Shown: one piece after another, positions 1 to 12,959 of the stretch
How the letters are laid out: each line of letters opens with the position of its first letter
Position numbering within the stretch: the first letter of the stretch is position 1
Source of the DNA: Lama glama
Lineage: Eukaryota
Length of the DNA stretch: 64,000 nt
NCBI GenBank assembly: GCA_028534125.1
Contig: CM052816.1
Coordinates: forward strand, 40,488,001-40,552,000
Direction of reading: 5' to 3'
Translations under genes and position numbers: made by a program
Notes under the pieces: generated by a model
Seen by the model: only the letters and a program-made list of their open reading frames with translations
The model's database searches: none
Told to the model about the DNA's origin: nothing

Positions 1-355
1 TAGCCTTGCAGATAAGAAGTACCCATCACGCACCAGTGGCATGTCACTTCCAATCCAGACTAAATAGAGACAAAAATCCCTCCTTTCCTCAGGAAGGTGG
101 AGCTGGGATGAAAATCAAGAATACAACCCCAAACCCTTCTCTCCCCAGTGAATATTCTACCCATTCATTTTTACACCCTATGTCACCAACTTGCCAAAGA
201 AACTCAGCGCAGCTGCTCATCTGAGCCTGCCTGCTCTCCCCTAGAGAGCAAGCCTACTACATACAGCTTAATAATCCCTCACTTTATTTTCTTGACCTCC
301 GCGTGTCTTGTCTCTGAATTCTTTCTGTGATGAGACAAGAAGTTAATCGCCAACA
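1..355 (+). mobile_element. ERV1-class LTR, 3' part (runs off the window start)
   Basis: R/U5-like text 'gtctctgaattctttctgtgatgagacaagaa' resembles the common ERV1 LTR U5 motif; apparent end '...caaca' near 355. Confidence 0.6.
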
Positions 356-619
356 ACGAGAGGTGAATGAAGATCTGAATGGCCCTTGAGCCTCATCTCC
401 TTTCTTATTTTGAGAGTTTAATGGAGAGTCTGCCCAATAGATTGGAGTTAGCTCAAGAGAAGAATAGGCTACAACCAGTAACTGAAATATCCCATTCTAA
501 CCAGACCATTTTCTTAACAAGGAAACTTCACCATAGATTCCCTTCCTCCATCTTGCTCCTTTAATTATGTAAAACAGTATGGATTTTTCTCCACTGGGAT
601 ATTGCCCATGATGCGTGTG

Positions 620-932
620 TGTTGCCGAGTCCAAACTCGTTCTGCTTGCCGCACGACAGGCCAATAAATTGGGAGACAAGGTGTTGGGGCAAGGAATAGC
701 GACTTTATTCAGAAAGCTGGCAGACAGAGAGGATGGCAGATAATGTCTTGGAGAACCATCCTGCTCTAGTCAGAATACAGGCTCCTTTTATACAGAAAAA
801 CAAGGGAGGGTGTGTGGTTGATTGTTGCAATCTCTTTGCCGCAGGCATTCTTTGTTCTTGCAGCCATCCCTGTGGGCCAGGTCATGGTGTCCCTGTAAAC
901 CTCCAACAAAACAAAGGTTATTCTCTACTACA
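620..932 (-). mobile_element. ERV1-type solo LTR, short (internally deleted) variant
   Basis: TG...CA termini (tgttgccgag...ctaca), 4-bp TSD TGTG at 616-619 and 933-936, poly(A) signal on the minus strand (tttatt on +). Clearly homologous to the LTR at 5780-6280. Confidence 0.8.
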
Positions 933-1054
933 TGTGGATTACTTTTGCCCAGCATAAGCTTTAAGATAATTAGAGTTCCTGAATATACAATATACACTTC
1001 TCTACTGCCTGCTTTGATCTAATGAAACTCTCGTATTTATCTACACAATATATA

Positions 1055-1098
1055 CACACTACCACCACCACCACCAGTACCACCATCACCACCACCAC
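1055..1098. repeat. Imperfect (CAC)n microsatellite
   Basis: accaccaccaccaccagtaccaccatcaccaccaccac seen directly. Confidence 0.9.
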
Positions 1099-1229
1099 AA
1101 ACAACAAATAATAACTGGTGTCAGAATAGAAAAATACTATAAATGTAAACTTAATGTACATGAATAAAATTATGTATTGGCTTTATCTTACTTTAAGAAA
1201 GGCAAAGCTTATAGGTAGATAGATACAGA

Positions 1230-1277
1230 TAGAAATCTGTATCAACATATATCCTGTTGGTTCTGTTTCTCTGAAAA
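1230..1277 (+). mobile_element. MLT2 (ERVL) LTR 3' end remnant
   Basis: 'atatatcctgttggttctgtttctctg' matches the recalled MLT2 3' end (atatcctattggttctgtttctctggagaaccctgactaataca). It directly abuts ERVL internal sequence; the last ~17 nt are missing. Confidence 0.75.
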
Positions 1278-4200
1278 TTTTGGCATTTAGAGTGGTTCTA
1301 GAGGACCAGAATTTTAAGGATGAGTTATAAGAATTGGTTTGGGAGTTTCTGGAATTGGCTCTTTAATCTGATTAGATTTAAAGATCTTAATGACTCTTTC
1401 TACTAGTAAGACAGCACTGATGATCCATAGTATTAACTAGTAATAAAGATTCATGAAATGTCTGCATTAGATACTTCTAGTCAACCACTCATAAGAAGCT
1501 AGGAGATGGGTGACTGGATGTATGGTACTTTTAAACATTTGTGGAAAACTAATGAATATACTGAGATCAAGTGGTTGCTCTTAATGTCATTGGAAAAGGT
1601 GGTAAAAGGAAAAGATGAGCTCAGGGATTTGAATTTCCATCTCAAGTAACACATAAGTGACCTTAAAATTTCTCTTGTTACCTGAAGGAGATCCTTACCT
1701 CTTGTAGCCTCAGGGCTGAGATTGCTGAAAATCAATGCAGAATCTCCTTCTGCACTGGCTGAATTACAAGTTGAATGTACAGTCTCACAGGGTGTGTCTA
1801 CTGTTAAAGTGAGGGCATTGATTAGTGCCTCTCTATCCTCAGCAGAAGTGGCCTCTTTACCACCAGTAGTATCAGCCTCTCATCCCTGTCATCTGAACTG
1901 TGAAGGAATTAACTTTGCATAGTCTAAGGAAACTGTAATGGCCTCCTCTGAGTCAGTTGGGAAGCAGGGCAGGTCTCTTCAGGACCCATCCCCACCACCC
2001 TTCTTTTACTTCTAGACCTCTGACTAGATTCAAGTCCTAACAGGTCCTTAAAGATGAGGCACAAGGTGTGACCCATGAGAAGGTGCACTCTACTTCAAAA
2101 GGACTACTTGAGCTTTCAAATTTATGCAGAAAGAAATCAAGTGAAGTATGTGTGGGAATAGATACCAAGGATGTGGGATAATAGTAAAAGAATATAAAGT
2201 TGGAACAGGTTGAATTTATTGATAAAGCCTCACTTAGCAGAGATTCTACATTTAATACTGCAACATGAAGAGTTATAAAGGGCTCTAACAGTCTGTTGGG
2301 TTGGCTGAAACATGGACCCTTAGATGGTCCACAGTGAGTAAATTAGAAATGTAGGATCTGTCTTGGTTTACTGTAAAGGAAGGAATTCAAAGGCTTAGGG
2401 ATATTGAATGTTAGAGGAGATTTGTCATTAAAGACCTACTCACCTACACTGAAAGGATTCAGAAGACATACTTTTCATCAAAACTGTGAGAAATAAATTT
2501 GTTGGGGGAGAGCCCTGGCATCATTGAAGAGCTCTGTGATCCCTCTTCTCTGTAGGCCAGACCTCACAGTGGGAAATGCAGCTACTGAACTGGGAAACCT
2601 AAATACACTGGGAATAATTGGATACTAGGGTGGCGAGGCCCAAATGGGTCTCTCAGTCACCAAAGGCTAGGTGGGTGTGGTTAGCATAATGGACAGCAGA
2701 GTCAAAGCAGCAATCAGAATAGTCTGACTCATGCAGACCTGTGCTGTTGGCTAGAAGAGAAACAGATAAGGAATCTGTTAAACTCTTACTTGATTTGTAC
2801 AAGCAGAAAAATTCTAGGTCAGTGAACAAAAGTCTAACCTGAATTATAAGAACAGAGAGTCGTGGCCCCTCAATCAATTCCCAGACTTGAGCCAGTTTAC
2901 AGACCTAGAATCTCTTGAATGAAGGGAAGCCTGGGTCCCCTTGAGGATGAACCCTGGTACATGACCAGCAGTTATATCATTAATCTTTCTCCCAGTCTTC
3001 CCAAAAGGGACCTATAGCCTTTATCCAAGGTAACTATGCATTAGGGGAAAGGAATAACAAGACCCTTTGGGGGCTTTTGAACCCTAACTCTGAAGTGACA
3101 CTAATTCCAGGAGACCCAAAATGTCACTGTGACCATCTAGTCAGAGTAAAGGCTTGTGCAATCTCATAGTGGGCACAGTGGTTCCCCAGACTCATTTTGT
3201 GGTTATTTCTCTGTTTCCAGAAGGCATAATTGGAATAGATGTAGAAGTAATTGGCAAAATCCCCACAACTGGCTCCCTGACCTGTGGAGTGGGGACTGTT
3301 ACGGTGGGAAGGGCCAAGTAGAGCTACAATAACTGCTTCCGTGGAGGAAAACAGAACATCAAAAGCAATGCTACATTCCTGGAGGGATTGCAGAGATGAA
3401 TGCCACTATGAGGTACTTGAAGGATGCGTGGGTGTTTATTCCCACCACATCCCCCATTCAGTTCTCCTCTGTGGCCTGTGCAGAAGACAGATATTTCTTG
3501 GAGAATGACAGTAGATTATCATAAGCTTTATTAAGTGGTGATTGTAGTTGCAACTGCTGCACCAAGTGTGACTTCATTGCTTTGAGCAAATTAACACATG
3601 CCCAGGTACCCAGTATGCAGCTATAGATCTGGAAAATGCCTTTTTATACATCCCTGTCAATGAGTCCCACCTGCAGTCTGCTTTCAGCTAGCAAGGCCAG
3701 CAGTATACTGTCACTGTCCTGCTTCATGGGTTTATCAGTGATCCAGCCCTTTGTCATAATTTACTTTGCAGGGACATTGATCTCCTTTTCCCTTCTACAA
3801 AGAGATCACACTAGTTCATAACACTGAGCACATATGCTAATTGGAACTTGTGAGCAAGAAGTAGCAACTAGTCTAGACTTACTGGTAAGACATTTTTGTG
3901 CCACGAGGTAGAAAACAAATCTGACAAAAATTCAGGGACCTTGGTGTAATTTCTAAGGATCCAGTGGTGTAAGGCATGTCAAGATGTTCCTTCTAAGGTT
4001 AAAAATGAGTTGTTTTATCAAGCCCTTCCTACAACCAAAAAAGAGGCACAACATCTAGTTCACCTCTTTGGATTTTGGAGACCACATATTCCTCATATGG
4101 GTGTGTCACTCTAGCCCAGTTATCAGGTGATCTGAAGAGTTGTTTATTCTGAGTGAGGCCCAGGCCAGGAGAAAGTTCAGTATAAGGTCCAGACTTCTGT

Positions 4201-4795
4201 GAAAGCTGACCTTCTGCTTGGACCATAAAACCAAGTAGATCCAATGGTGCTTGAAGTGTCAGTGACAGATAAGGATGCAGTCTGCAGCCTTTGGCAGGCC
4301 CCTGTAGATGAATCATACTGCAGACCTTTAAGATATTGGAGCACAGACTTATTATCCTCTGCATACAATTGTTCTCTTTTTGAAGACGCATCTCTTGGCC
4401 TCATATTGGGACTTAATAGTGACAGAATGCTTAACCATGGGCCACCAAATTACTATGCGACCTGAGCTGCTCATCTTAAACTGTGTGCTGTTTGATCCAT
4501 GAAGCCATAAAGTTAGGCATGCACATCATTGTCAAATGGAAGTGGTATATACGTGACTGGGTCTGAACTGACCCTCAAGGAGCAAGTAAGCAACACGAAG
4601 AAGTGGACTAAATGCCTGTGGTCCTCACTCCTACTGCCCTGCATTCTCTCTTCCAGCCTGTGTCTGTGGCCTCATAGGGAGTTTCCCATAATCAGTTGAC
4701 AAAGGAGGAGGAGACTGGGCCTGGTTTGCAAATGATTCTGCATAATATGCAGGCACCATTAAAAAGTGGACTGCAGCCCCTTCCTGGGACAGCCG
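1278..4795 (+). mobile_element. Decayed ERVL (HERVL/MERVL-like) internal region: leader, gag, protease, RT, start of RNase H; 3'-truncated
   Basis: Leader 'ttttggcatttagagtggttctagaggaccagaattttaaggatgag'. Gag start GSFWNWLFNLIRFKD (~1340). Protease-region ..SEVTLIPGDPK (~3087-3120). RT motifs [26 protein letters not shown] (~3450-3528) and YAAIDLENAFLYIP (~3614-3655). YIDD box degraded to LVHNTEH (~3811). RNase H WFANDSA (~4722). Many stops and frameshifts; no integrase or 3' LTR. Confidence 0.92.
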
Positions 4796-5779
4796 ATGGG
4801 TGGGATCTGCTATTGACATACCTTTTTCATTTCTTGGTGCAGTATTCCTTGGTCAGGATTAAATAGTGTTAGGAGAGAAATAAAGTTTACTGATTAAAAG
4901 CCAAAATAAAATAAACATACACATATTTATTGGGAGGTGGAAATGGTATTATCTTCATACATATAAATTGTTTCGTATAATGTGGACTTGATTTTTTACA
5001 TGAAATTAAGATGTTATTTATTATTATTAATTTCCCATTAGTCCCTCTCTCTGCACATTTCTCTACTATTTCTAACTTAGATATAGTAGCAATTTACAGC
5101 TATTCTTTATACAATTTCAATCAGGATTGAAATGAAAGGGAAAAAAAACCAGTAAATTTTTTTTTCAAGCGTAAAATGCAATCATGGCACTTTCAGTGTT
5201 ACTTGGAAACCAATAAAAAATTCCCACTGTGAATTATACTGAACCTTTTTATTCATAACCACTACAAGAAGGTTGGTCATAAATTTAATGGAACTGGAAA
5301 ACTGTATGAATGATTCATTTGGCCAAGAAGATGTCAAATGCTATAACAATTCTTTCAAAAATTAAAAGAAAAAAACATTAGTTTCAAACTTTTTTTTTCA
5401 AATTCTGCTAAAAATGGAATATTTGCATTTTAAGTATTATTCTTTCCTTTATCATATTAGGAATTTTAAACTGACACATTAATTTCAGCCTTCTCCCTTC
5501 CAAGGGAGGGGCAAGCACTCTTAAATGTAGGCGAGAATCACTAACAGAAGAAACCATCAGAAATATATATTTTGTTCTTCCTGAATATGCAAAATCTGAA
5601 TAGCTTTTGTGGCTGTTACCTTAAAACATTCTGTATGTGGTCAAGGAGCATGGGGAACTGCAGCATCTGAGACGCGTGAGTAGTAGTTTGCTCCTTATAT
5701 TGTGTACAAGGTAAACCTCAAAAGCCAAAGCAAAAGCTGGTGCAATGTTAAGTACAGCTTATGAAACATATATTGTAAT

Positions 5780-6280
5780 TGCTACTGAGTCCAAACTTGC
5801 TCTACTCACCACAGGACAGGTCAATAGATTGGGAGATGAGGTGTTGGGGCAAGGAATAATGACTTTATTAGGAAAGCCAGCAGATGAAGAAAGTGGCAGA
5901 TTAACGTCATTAAGAACCATCTTAACCAAATTAGAATTCGGGCTCCTTTTATACTGAAAGAGGAGGAGTTTGGTTGGTTGTTGCAACCTTCTTGGTGTTG
6001 GAATCCTTTGTTTCTGCATCTGCCCAGATAGATCAGGTCACAATGATCCTGTAAACGTACAAGACAAATGTTATTCTCTGTTCTGCAAGTTTTTATCTCT
6101 ATATGAATGGAAAAGTCAGAGCCTTGAGAATGAGCTGTCCTGTATATTTCAGGCTATAGGCGACATTCTTTTACAGAAGGTAGGGAATCAACATGGCTAA
6201 GCACAGGAAGCAGAGCACATGGTTAGACGAACTAAAGGAACAGAAGAAATATGGAGTCAGCTTTGTTCTACTGCATTACC
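5780..6280 (-). mobile_element. ERV1-type solo LTR (~500 bp), same family as 620-932
   Basis: Starts tgctactgagtccaaac, ends ...cattacc; 4-bp TSD TAAT at 5776-5779 and 6281-6284; aligns by eye with 620-927. Confidence 0.82.
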
Positions 6281-6568
6281 TAATCACCTGAGGAGCTTTA
6301 AAAAAGCCTCTTGAATATGTGTAAGCACATTTGACTGTCCTTTGTGATTGGATTACTGCATTCTTATTATTTTGTGGTTGGCTTTATTTCTTTGATTATT
6401 ATGTAAGTTTAAAAAGCTAAAGCTCTAAACTGTTCTTAGAAACAATGAACAGTACATATATGTAAATTTTTAAAAGAGCCTGTGGGGTTTTGGATGTGGT
6501 CTGGGCATCAGGATATATAAAAACCTTCCAGGTTATTCTGCTCTGCATCCAAGAATGAGAACCACTGA
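6281..6568. mobile_element. MER5A/MER5A1-like hAT-Charlie MITE, interrupted by the LTR and by a ~160-bp insert
   Basis: 'aatcacctgaggagctttaaaaa' and 'ctgggcatcagg...ttccaggttattctg...atgagaaccactg' match recalled MER5 segments and terminus. Confidence 0.6.
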
Positions 6569-9500
6569 ATTCATATTTAATTTGGATTATTTTAATTTCA
6601 ATTGAAACATTTTAGATGAAAAATAAGTAGTTCATTGTAAATAGAACATATCTCATTTTCACATGTGATTTGGCTTAAACTTGAGTCTTAAATATGATTA
6701 AAAATAAAACTCCAAATGAAAATGGAGTGTTGTCTGTTCAAATAAAATGTATTTGATATAACATCACAGATCTTCTTTTAAAATATTTATTTATATATGA
6801 AAACAAATGTGATCCTATTTGGCATTATTGCTTACTAAGGATTGAATAATGGTGGTTATTAATTCGTAATTCTTTCTTCAAGTACAAAAATATTTGTGGC
6901 ACACAATGGAAATAAAAGAGTATAAAAGAAAAGAAGAAATAAGGTTAAGTTGGTTATTGTTAAGAATTTTCACAGGAGAAATCCTTCGTACTTTGTTTAA
7001 AGCAGTGTATATATTAGTTAAGTCCTCTGTCAGAGTCTGGTAGAATGCAGTGTATTTTAATTTTGACTTTATTAAAATAAGTTGGTATATTTCCTTACAG
7101 TTTTCTTCCCGTATAGGCTACTTTACTTGATTGAAATTATACCCTATACACAACTTGCAACCTGCTAAAATAATATATATTATGTAATACAGTTAATGGT
7201 AATTCTCTAGAGAAAAACAGCATGATATGTTGAAAAAGTTGGGTCATAATTGTATATATAATCTTCACCTACAATTTACATCTGATTAAATTACTTGTAG
7301 ATAATTTTAAATATAAAAGACGGTTTTGAAAAGTTCTTTTTCTATTGCTTATCTCGTATTTAGTAGTATTTTCTACATCCTAAGAGCAGAAGTAAGTGAT
7401 TATGAGAAACCAAATAAATAGAAGTTGTGGGAAGAGCAAATATACCTGGCCCTTAATGATCCCTGAACCACACCAAAGTGACTTGGGTGGCTATGTTAAG
7501 AATGTATTTTCTGCAAAAATAAGCTTCCCGCCACTTCCCCTCTGGCAGAAATGCGAAAGGCAAGTGTGTGAGTAAAAGAGGGTGCATTTATATTTTTGAA
7601 TTTTGTTTTAAAATAAAACATGAGTAGCATCATGTAAAGAATAGCACTTTGATGCCAGTTACACATATAAGTTTTTAAATAGGTAACTGGCTCTCAAACA
7701 AGCATGACTTATAGGATATTGATAAAGTAACTCAGGCTGGCAGTGATTTCACTGATCATTCTTTGGACATATGAAGTTCTAGACTTAATTACTGTTGCAA
7801 AATACATTGATTAGGAAATTAAATTATTACCTCCACATTACAATCAAAACTTCAAACATAATTTTAAAAATTTTCATCTTCACCTCACCCAGTTAAAGGT
7901 GTTTGAATTAAGAAGGCTTCATTTGGGAAAGAAATGAGGTTAGTTATTTATTTCAGATTCTTCTGGCCTTGGGGCTGCCGGCATTTTTACATGTAGAATA
8001 TTTTTATACATACTTAATGGGACTTCTTCTGCACGCAGATAACTAAAGGATACTGATTGAGTCTCAGATATCCATCTTTCAAACTACTTCTTTCCATCTG
8101 TATGTCTATAGATCAGACTATCTATTTACATGCTTATTTATATTTTTAGCTCACTTGAAATAGAATTGTTGATTTGGATAAAAAATGAATCAATAAGATA
8201 AAATCAATAAAGGTAGTACAGCAAAGAGATCATCCAACTATAAGTAAATAAGTGAATGAACAAATAAATATACAAAGAAGAGATTTTAGTACCAATAAAT
8301 GTGCTAATAGTTTGCAAATGACTAAAGACAAGCTGCTAAGTATCTGACTTTGAGTTTTTGAGTAGATAAAGCAGGGGTCAATGGAGTATGTTAATTCAGT
8401 ACCCATAAGATGAAAACAGATGGTTTGATTGGGAAAAAGAAATAAGTACTTCGAAGAATTTTATCCTCTAAGGACTCATAATGGACAGCTAATTTTAAGG
8501 AAAATTTTCTTAATGTTAAAGCACAGAGTGAAAAATCATGAATCTCATGCAAACATAACATTAAAATATCAAATATCTTATTCCATTAATTCATTTATGG
8601 AGAACCAGTAAGATGTTACCATGGCTTCAAGGATCATTTGAAAAACTAGTTATTTATACATAGCATTAGGATTAGATTGCTCAGTTAGATACAAAACTGG
8701 TTAATATCCAACAGGATCCTACAGTGTAATCTATTTCTTCCCCTGGAAAGAAAGGGTTTGCATCTCTATCAGACAAATTCTGCAAGTTAATCATAGGTTG
8801 AAGAGATATAAAACAACACATAAGATAGAAAAGTCAAGTCTGGCACTGCACTGAAGATACATCCAGTAATCTCTTAATAAATCATTCAGGCTCAAGAAAC
8901 AATCACTGAAAAAATAAAGAATAAAAGGAAAATAGATGAACAAGTGCTGAAATCTATATAAGGAATGGCAAAATAAAGGAAAAGTAATATAATAGTGATG
9001 AAAATAATAAACAAGACAAAAATTTTCAAAAAAAATTAGTCTCTTTTAGTTGAAAATTGCTTTGTGTAAACTTTTTAATGTAGCCTGTTCAGATAACTAT
9101 GCTATGAATCTTATAGAGAAATTTATTTAATTAGTGGCAGCTTCTCATGCATAAAATCATTTTCCTTAAGAATGAAGAAATGCGTATTTTAAAATTCAGA
9201 GGTTTTTTCTTAGCTAACAATTTAAAATCCCTTAAATCATTTTGAAGATTCCAGTTCCTAATTATGTTTACCTTATTATCTAAGAATTCTGTATCTGTAA
9301 CTGACTTCTAGTCACTAAATAGGATAGAGTTTCACATGAATACATTTATGGTACGAAATACTGGGCTCATAGACACTCAGTAGTTTATCATTTGCACAGT
9401 CACAACTATAAAACTCTCTCATATGAACCCTGTTCTATCCCAAATTTTAATAACACTGCCTTTCAAGAGAATAAATTATTTCATTTTACCTCTGCAATTT

Positions 9501-10019
9501 GGTAAATATGTCAGTGACTAATGACTTAGATTAGATCTGAACTGATGATCTTAAGCTAAAAGGTTTAACATCCCATGATAAATCAACCCCCTGAGTCTTT
9601 CTTCCCATTTGTGTTTTGTTATTACGTGCATGCCTGAGTACTGTTATTTAAAGATACATTAGTGCTCTTAAGCACATATTAAGTAACTCTAGTCACTCTG
9701 TATTTTCCAGGGGGATATGTATTAAATATTTATCATCAGAATAAACAAAAACTACTAATGTTATAATTATGATTCTCCTAAAATGAATCTTAACATATAA
9801 GGGTACTTAACCATCTGCCAGCACTCAGAGATATTTTTTTATTTCCAGATTAAAAACAACATTGTTAATATAGTAGCATTTTTCAATATTGCTTTATTCA
9901 GGGAACAAGATTTTGTCATTCTTCGCTAAGTTAGCAAGGAAAATTGTAGACAGGTGTGTTTTCCAAAGAGTAAAATCAGAGCATGTAAAATTTCCGTTTT
10001 GAAAGGATATATCCATCTG

Positions 10020-10130
10020 TTCATCCATTATCCATTTGTCCATCATCCATCCATCCATCTATCCAGGAAGTATTTGCTGAAATCTACCATGTCCCAGATA
10101 CAGTTCTAGATGCAGAAAACAAACCTCTCT
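10020..10130 (-). mobile_element. L2 3' end fragment
   Basis: (CATC)n followed by 'aagtatttgctgaaatctaccatgtcccagatacagttctagatgc', the typical reverse-complement of the L2 tail. Confidence 0.6.
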
Positions 10131-10149
10131 TGGTATAGGAACATTACAT

Positions 10150-11230
10150 TGCCTATAAATTTCAATTTTGATTGATTAGATGGACTAGACTTCCATTCCT
10201 TTTAAAATTTAGAATGCTATGTGACACACAGGGATATGAGACACTGTGGATTTATTTGACTTATCTTTTTATCTTTGCCTTCTCTCTTCCTAAGTTAAAC
10301 CTTATATCTTTTTTATCTGCCTTCTGTTTATATTACTCTAACATACCTCCTATTACACTAATTTACTTTACTATTAACATCCTCTATCTTTTTTTTTAAA
10401 TTTCAGCAGTTAAGTTTCTTTTGTCACACAAAATTTTCCGTGTTTCAATTTTTTTCATTGTAATTCAAATTCATTTTATTAAAAGTGTAAATACTCCCAT
10501 TGAAGTGCTTTTATTTTAGTACTTGTATGGAGGTATAATGAACACATATTTTTTTTAATTTTCCTTTTGTATTTTTTTCACTTTTTGCCTTCACTGCAGT
10601 GCATTTGCTGTACTTCCCTAGGTCTCTATTTCCCAGTTGTTGATTCTCTTTATTTGCCAGTTGACTTTAAGTTGTTGATGTATATTTATAGATCATGTAT
10701 TATCTGGTATTAGTAGCTATTATGGGCTCTTGACAGCAAATACTTTTGTCATAATTTGATTTTCCCTGGTAAGTCATGCTCACTTTTGCATTCCAGGCAG
10801 GGGCAGTGGTGGATTGTTGGACGCCTTCTGTAGGTCAGTATAAAGGTCTCTCCTTAAGTGGGAGGAAGAAGAATGGCCTTAGAGAGCCTACTCTTCAGCT
10901 CAGCTGGAGGCTTCAGCGTTTGATAGGCAGGTAGAACCTTCAGTACTCCTCCTCTGACAGCAGGAAGATGGTTAATAACTTTAAAGTTTCTGGTGGATAT
11001 CTTTCCAAGCACATTAATTCGACTAGAAGGCACTAAGCCTCCTTAGAATGAGGAAGTGGATGCAGAGATTTCAGACCTGGCAACAGGATATTCCTTCGTA
11101 ACTCTCTCATCAGCACCTCTTGAATTTCTGGGTGGGGCTGATACTTTCCTTTCCCATTGGCCACTCTTAGGAAAGTTGGGGCAAAGAGACACATTTATGT
11201 GCTTAGGTCACCTTCTCTGTCCTTTCTTAG
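10150..11230 (-). mobile_element. Ancient L1/HAL1-like fragment
   Basis: T-rich segment with 'ttaaatttcagcagttaagtttc' followed by a GC-richer 5'UTR-like block; composition and weak motif resemblance only. Confidence 0.35.
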
Positions 11231-12799
11231 TATAGTTGCTAATTTTCAAGATTCTTTCAAACTTAAAAAAAGGAGAAAGCTACAGTAAAAATGCCATACA
11301 TTTTTAGCTTAAAAAAATAAGGATACAGAAATAGAGTGGTAAAACGTTTGTCTGGGGAAGTACATTTTTAAACAATATTGTATTGTTAAGCATGGAGAGA
11401 AATTTCCTCCAGTTTATGTACTGTTGTCCGATAGCTGTGTGTTTCAGAACACTGAGCTCGTGGGTCTTTGCAGTTGATCTTGAAAGCAGGCTTATTAAGT
11501 ATGAGGTGAAATTCATCAGTCATTTTCAGTGCCATATTTCCCTGCTAAGAATGTTCCAGCCATAGATGGCTTTATACCATATGGCATTTGTTTTATCTGA
11601 CAACAAATAAGATTCTTCTTCTTCAAAGGAAATATTTAGAATAATTTATTTTGGAGCCTTGATGCCTATTAGATCTGTAAGCCTTAATACTGCTCCTCCA
11701 TGCACACATACATCATTAGTAAACAATAAAATTTCCAAAAGTTGACTACTAGGTATATTGAAAAAAGTGTGAAGGACAAATTTAATTTATTATTCAAAAA
11801 TTATATGCTTTATTTTGTGGAATTTGTGAGAGGATACCTTAAAAGATAATGTTTAAAACTTTATAAATTTTGTCATTCCAATTTCAAATAAAATAATTCA
11901 TGTTATTTTAAACATTGTTTTTATTCTAATAGAAAAATGCATCATTTTCAGTATTATTCAACATTCTGTTGATTATCTTCTTTGGGATGCTTATTTAGGC
12001 CTTCATAATTTAGGTGCATGAAAGAAGCATCAATAACCTTTATTGATTAGGTTGAAGCAAAGTACTTGATATTTAAACTTGTAAAACAAATTATTGTTAG
12101 AGAATTATATTTTGGTTGCCATTTTTTATATCAGTGCATTGATTCCTGCCTGGTACTTTTTACCTGACTTAACACAACATCATATGATGCTTAATGTCAG
12201 TTGATAATTTACATTGTATGGTCTCTACTTGCAGATGTGTCTACATGGAGCTAAAATATTTTAATTTGAAATCTGGAACCTAAAGAAGATGTTAGTAAAA
12301 GACCCAAATGACTGGTAGGAGAGAACTACATTCAAAATGACAGATGAAAACATTATTCAAGTGAGAAATGAAACAGGATAGAATAAATTCATCCAGACAC
12401 CCTTCTCTATATTTATGTAAAATAGTTTATATTGCAACAGAGTATTAATACCAGGATTTGTCTATGCCTCAAGTCTTGAACTTGGTAGCCCATCCTGGTT
12501 TGAATAGCTAGGTAATGGCCAACTCTGGAACTGACTTTTGTGCTGTATTAAGCAGGTAAACATTGTGCAAAAACAATTTCCTCTTATGTTGGATGTACTA
12601 GCTAGCCAACATTTCTTAACTTGCTTTGTAGTTAGGTATAGCCATTTGATGAGCTTTTTGTAAATACAATGTGAATTGAAATCTAAAGTATTTAGTAGAA
12701 CAGATCGATTTTACTATCTAGCAAAAAAAAAAAAGTCACTTGTATTGAAGTAGGGTCACTACTATAATAATAGTCATCCCCCGATGCAATAACTATTTG

Positions 12800-12904
12800 A
12801 GGGGAGGTAATAGGTTTGTTTGTTTGTTTGTTTATTTTTAATGGAGGTACTGGGGATTGACCTAGGACTTTGTGCACGCTAAGCATGAGCTCTACCTTCC
12901 CCCC
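12800..12904 (-). mobile_element. Camelid tRNA-derived SINE
   Basis: Reverse complement reads ...gtagagctcatgcttagcgtgcacaaagtcctaggtcaatccccagtacctccattaaaaataaacaaac...aaacctattacctcccc, matching the recalled camelid SINE. Degenerate TSD gcaataactattt / gcaataccatttt. Confidence 0.85.
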
Positions 12905-12959
12905 GACCCAAAGCAATACCATTTTAATGTCATTTCAGAAACCTCCCATGTGAATTCCT

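Noticed and set aside
4029..4391. 120-aa minus-strand ORF
   Set aside because: Antisense to decayed ERVL pol; no recognisable protein.
620..6280. Two same-family LTRs bracketing gag-pol, read as one provirus
   Set aside because: Each LTR has its own TSD (TGTG vs TAAT), they differ in length and sequence, and they lie on the opposite strand to the ERVL internal region, which has its own MLT2 LTR end.
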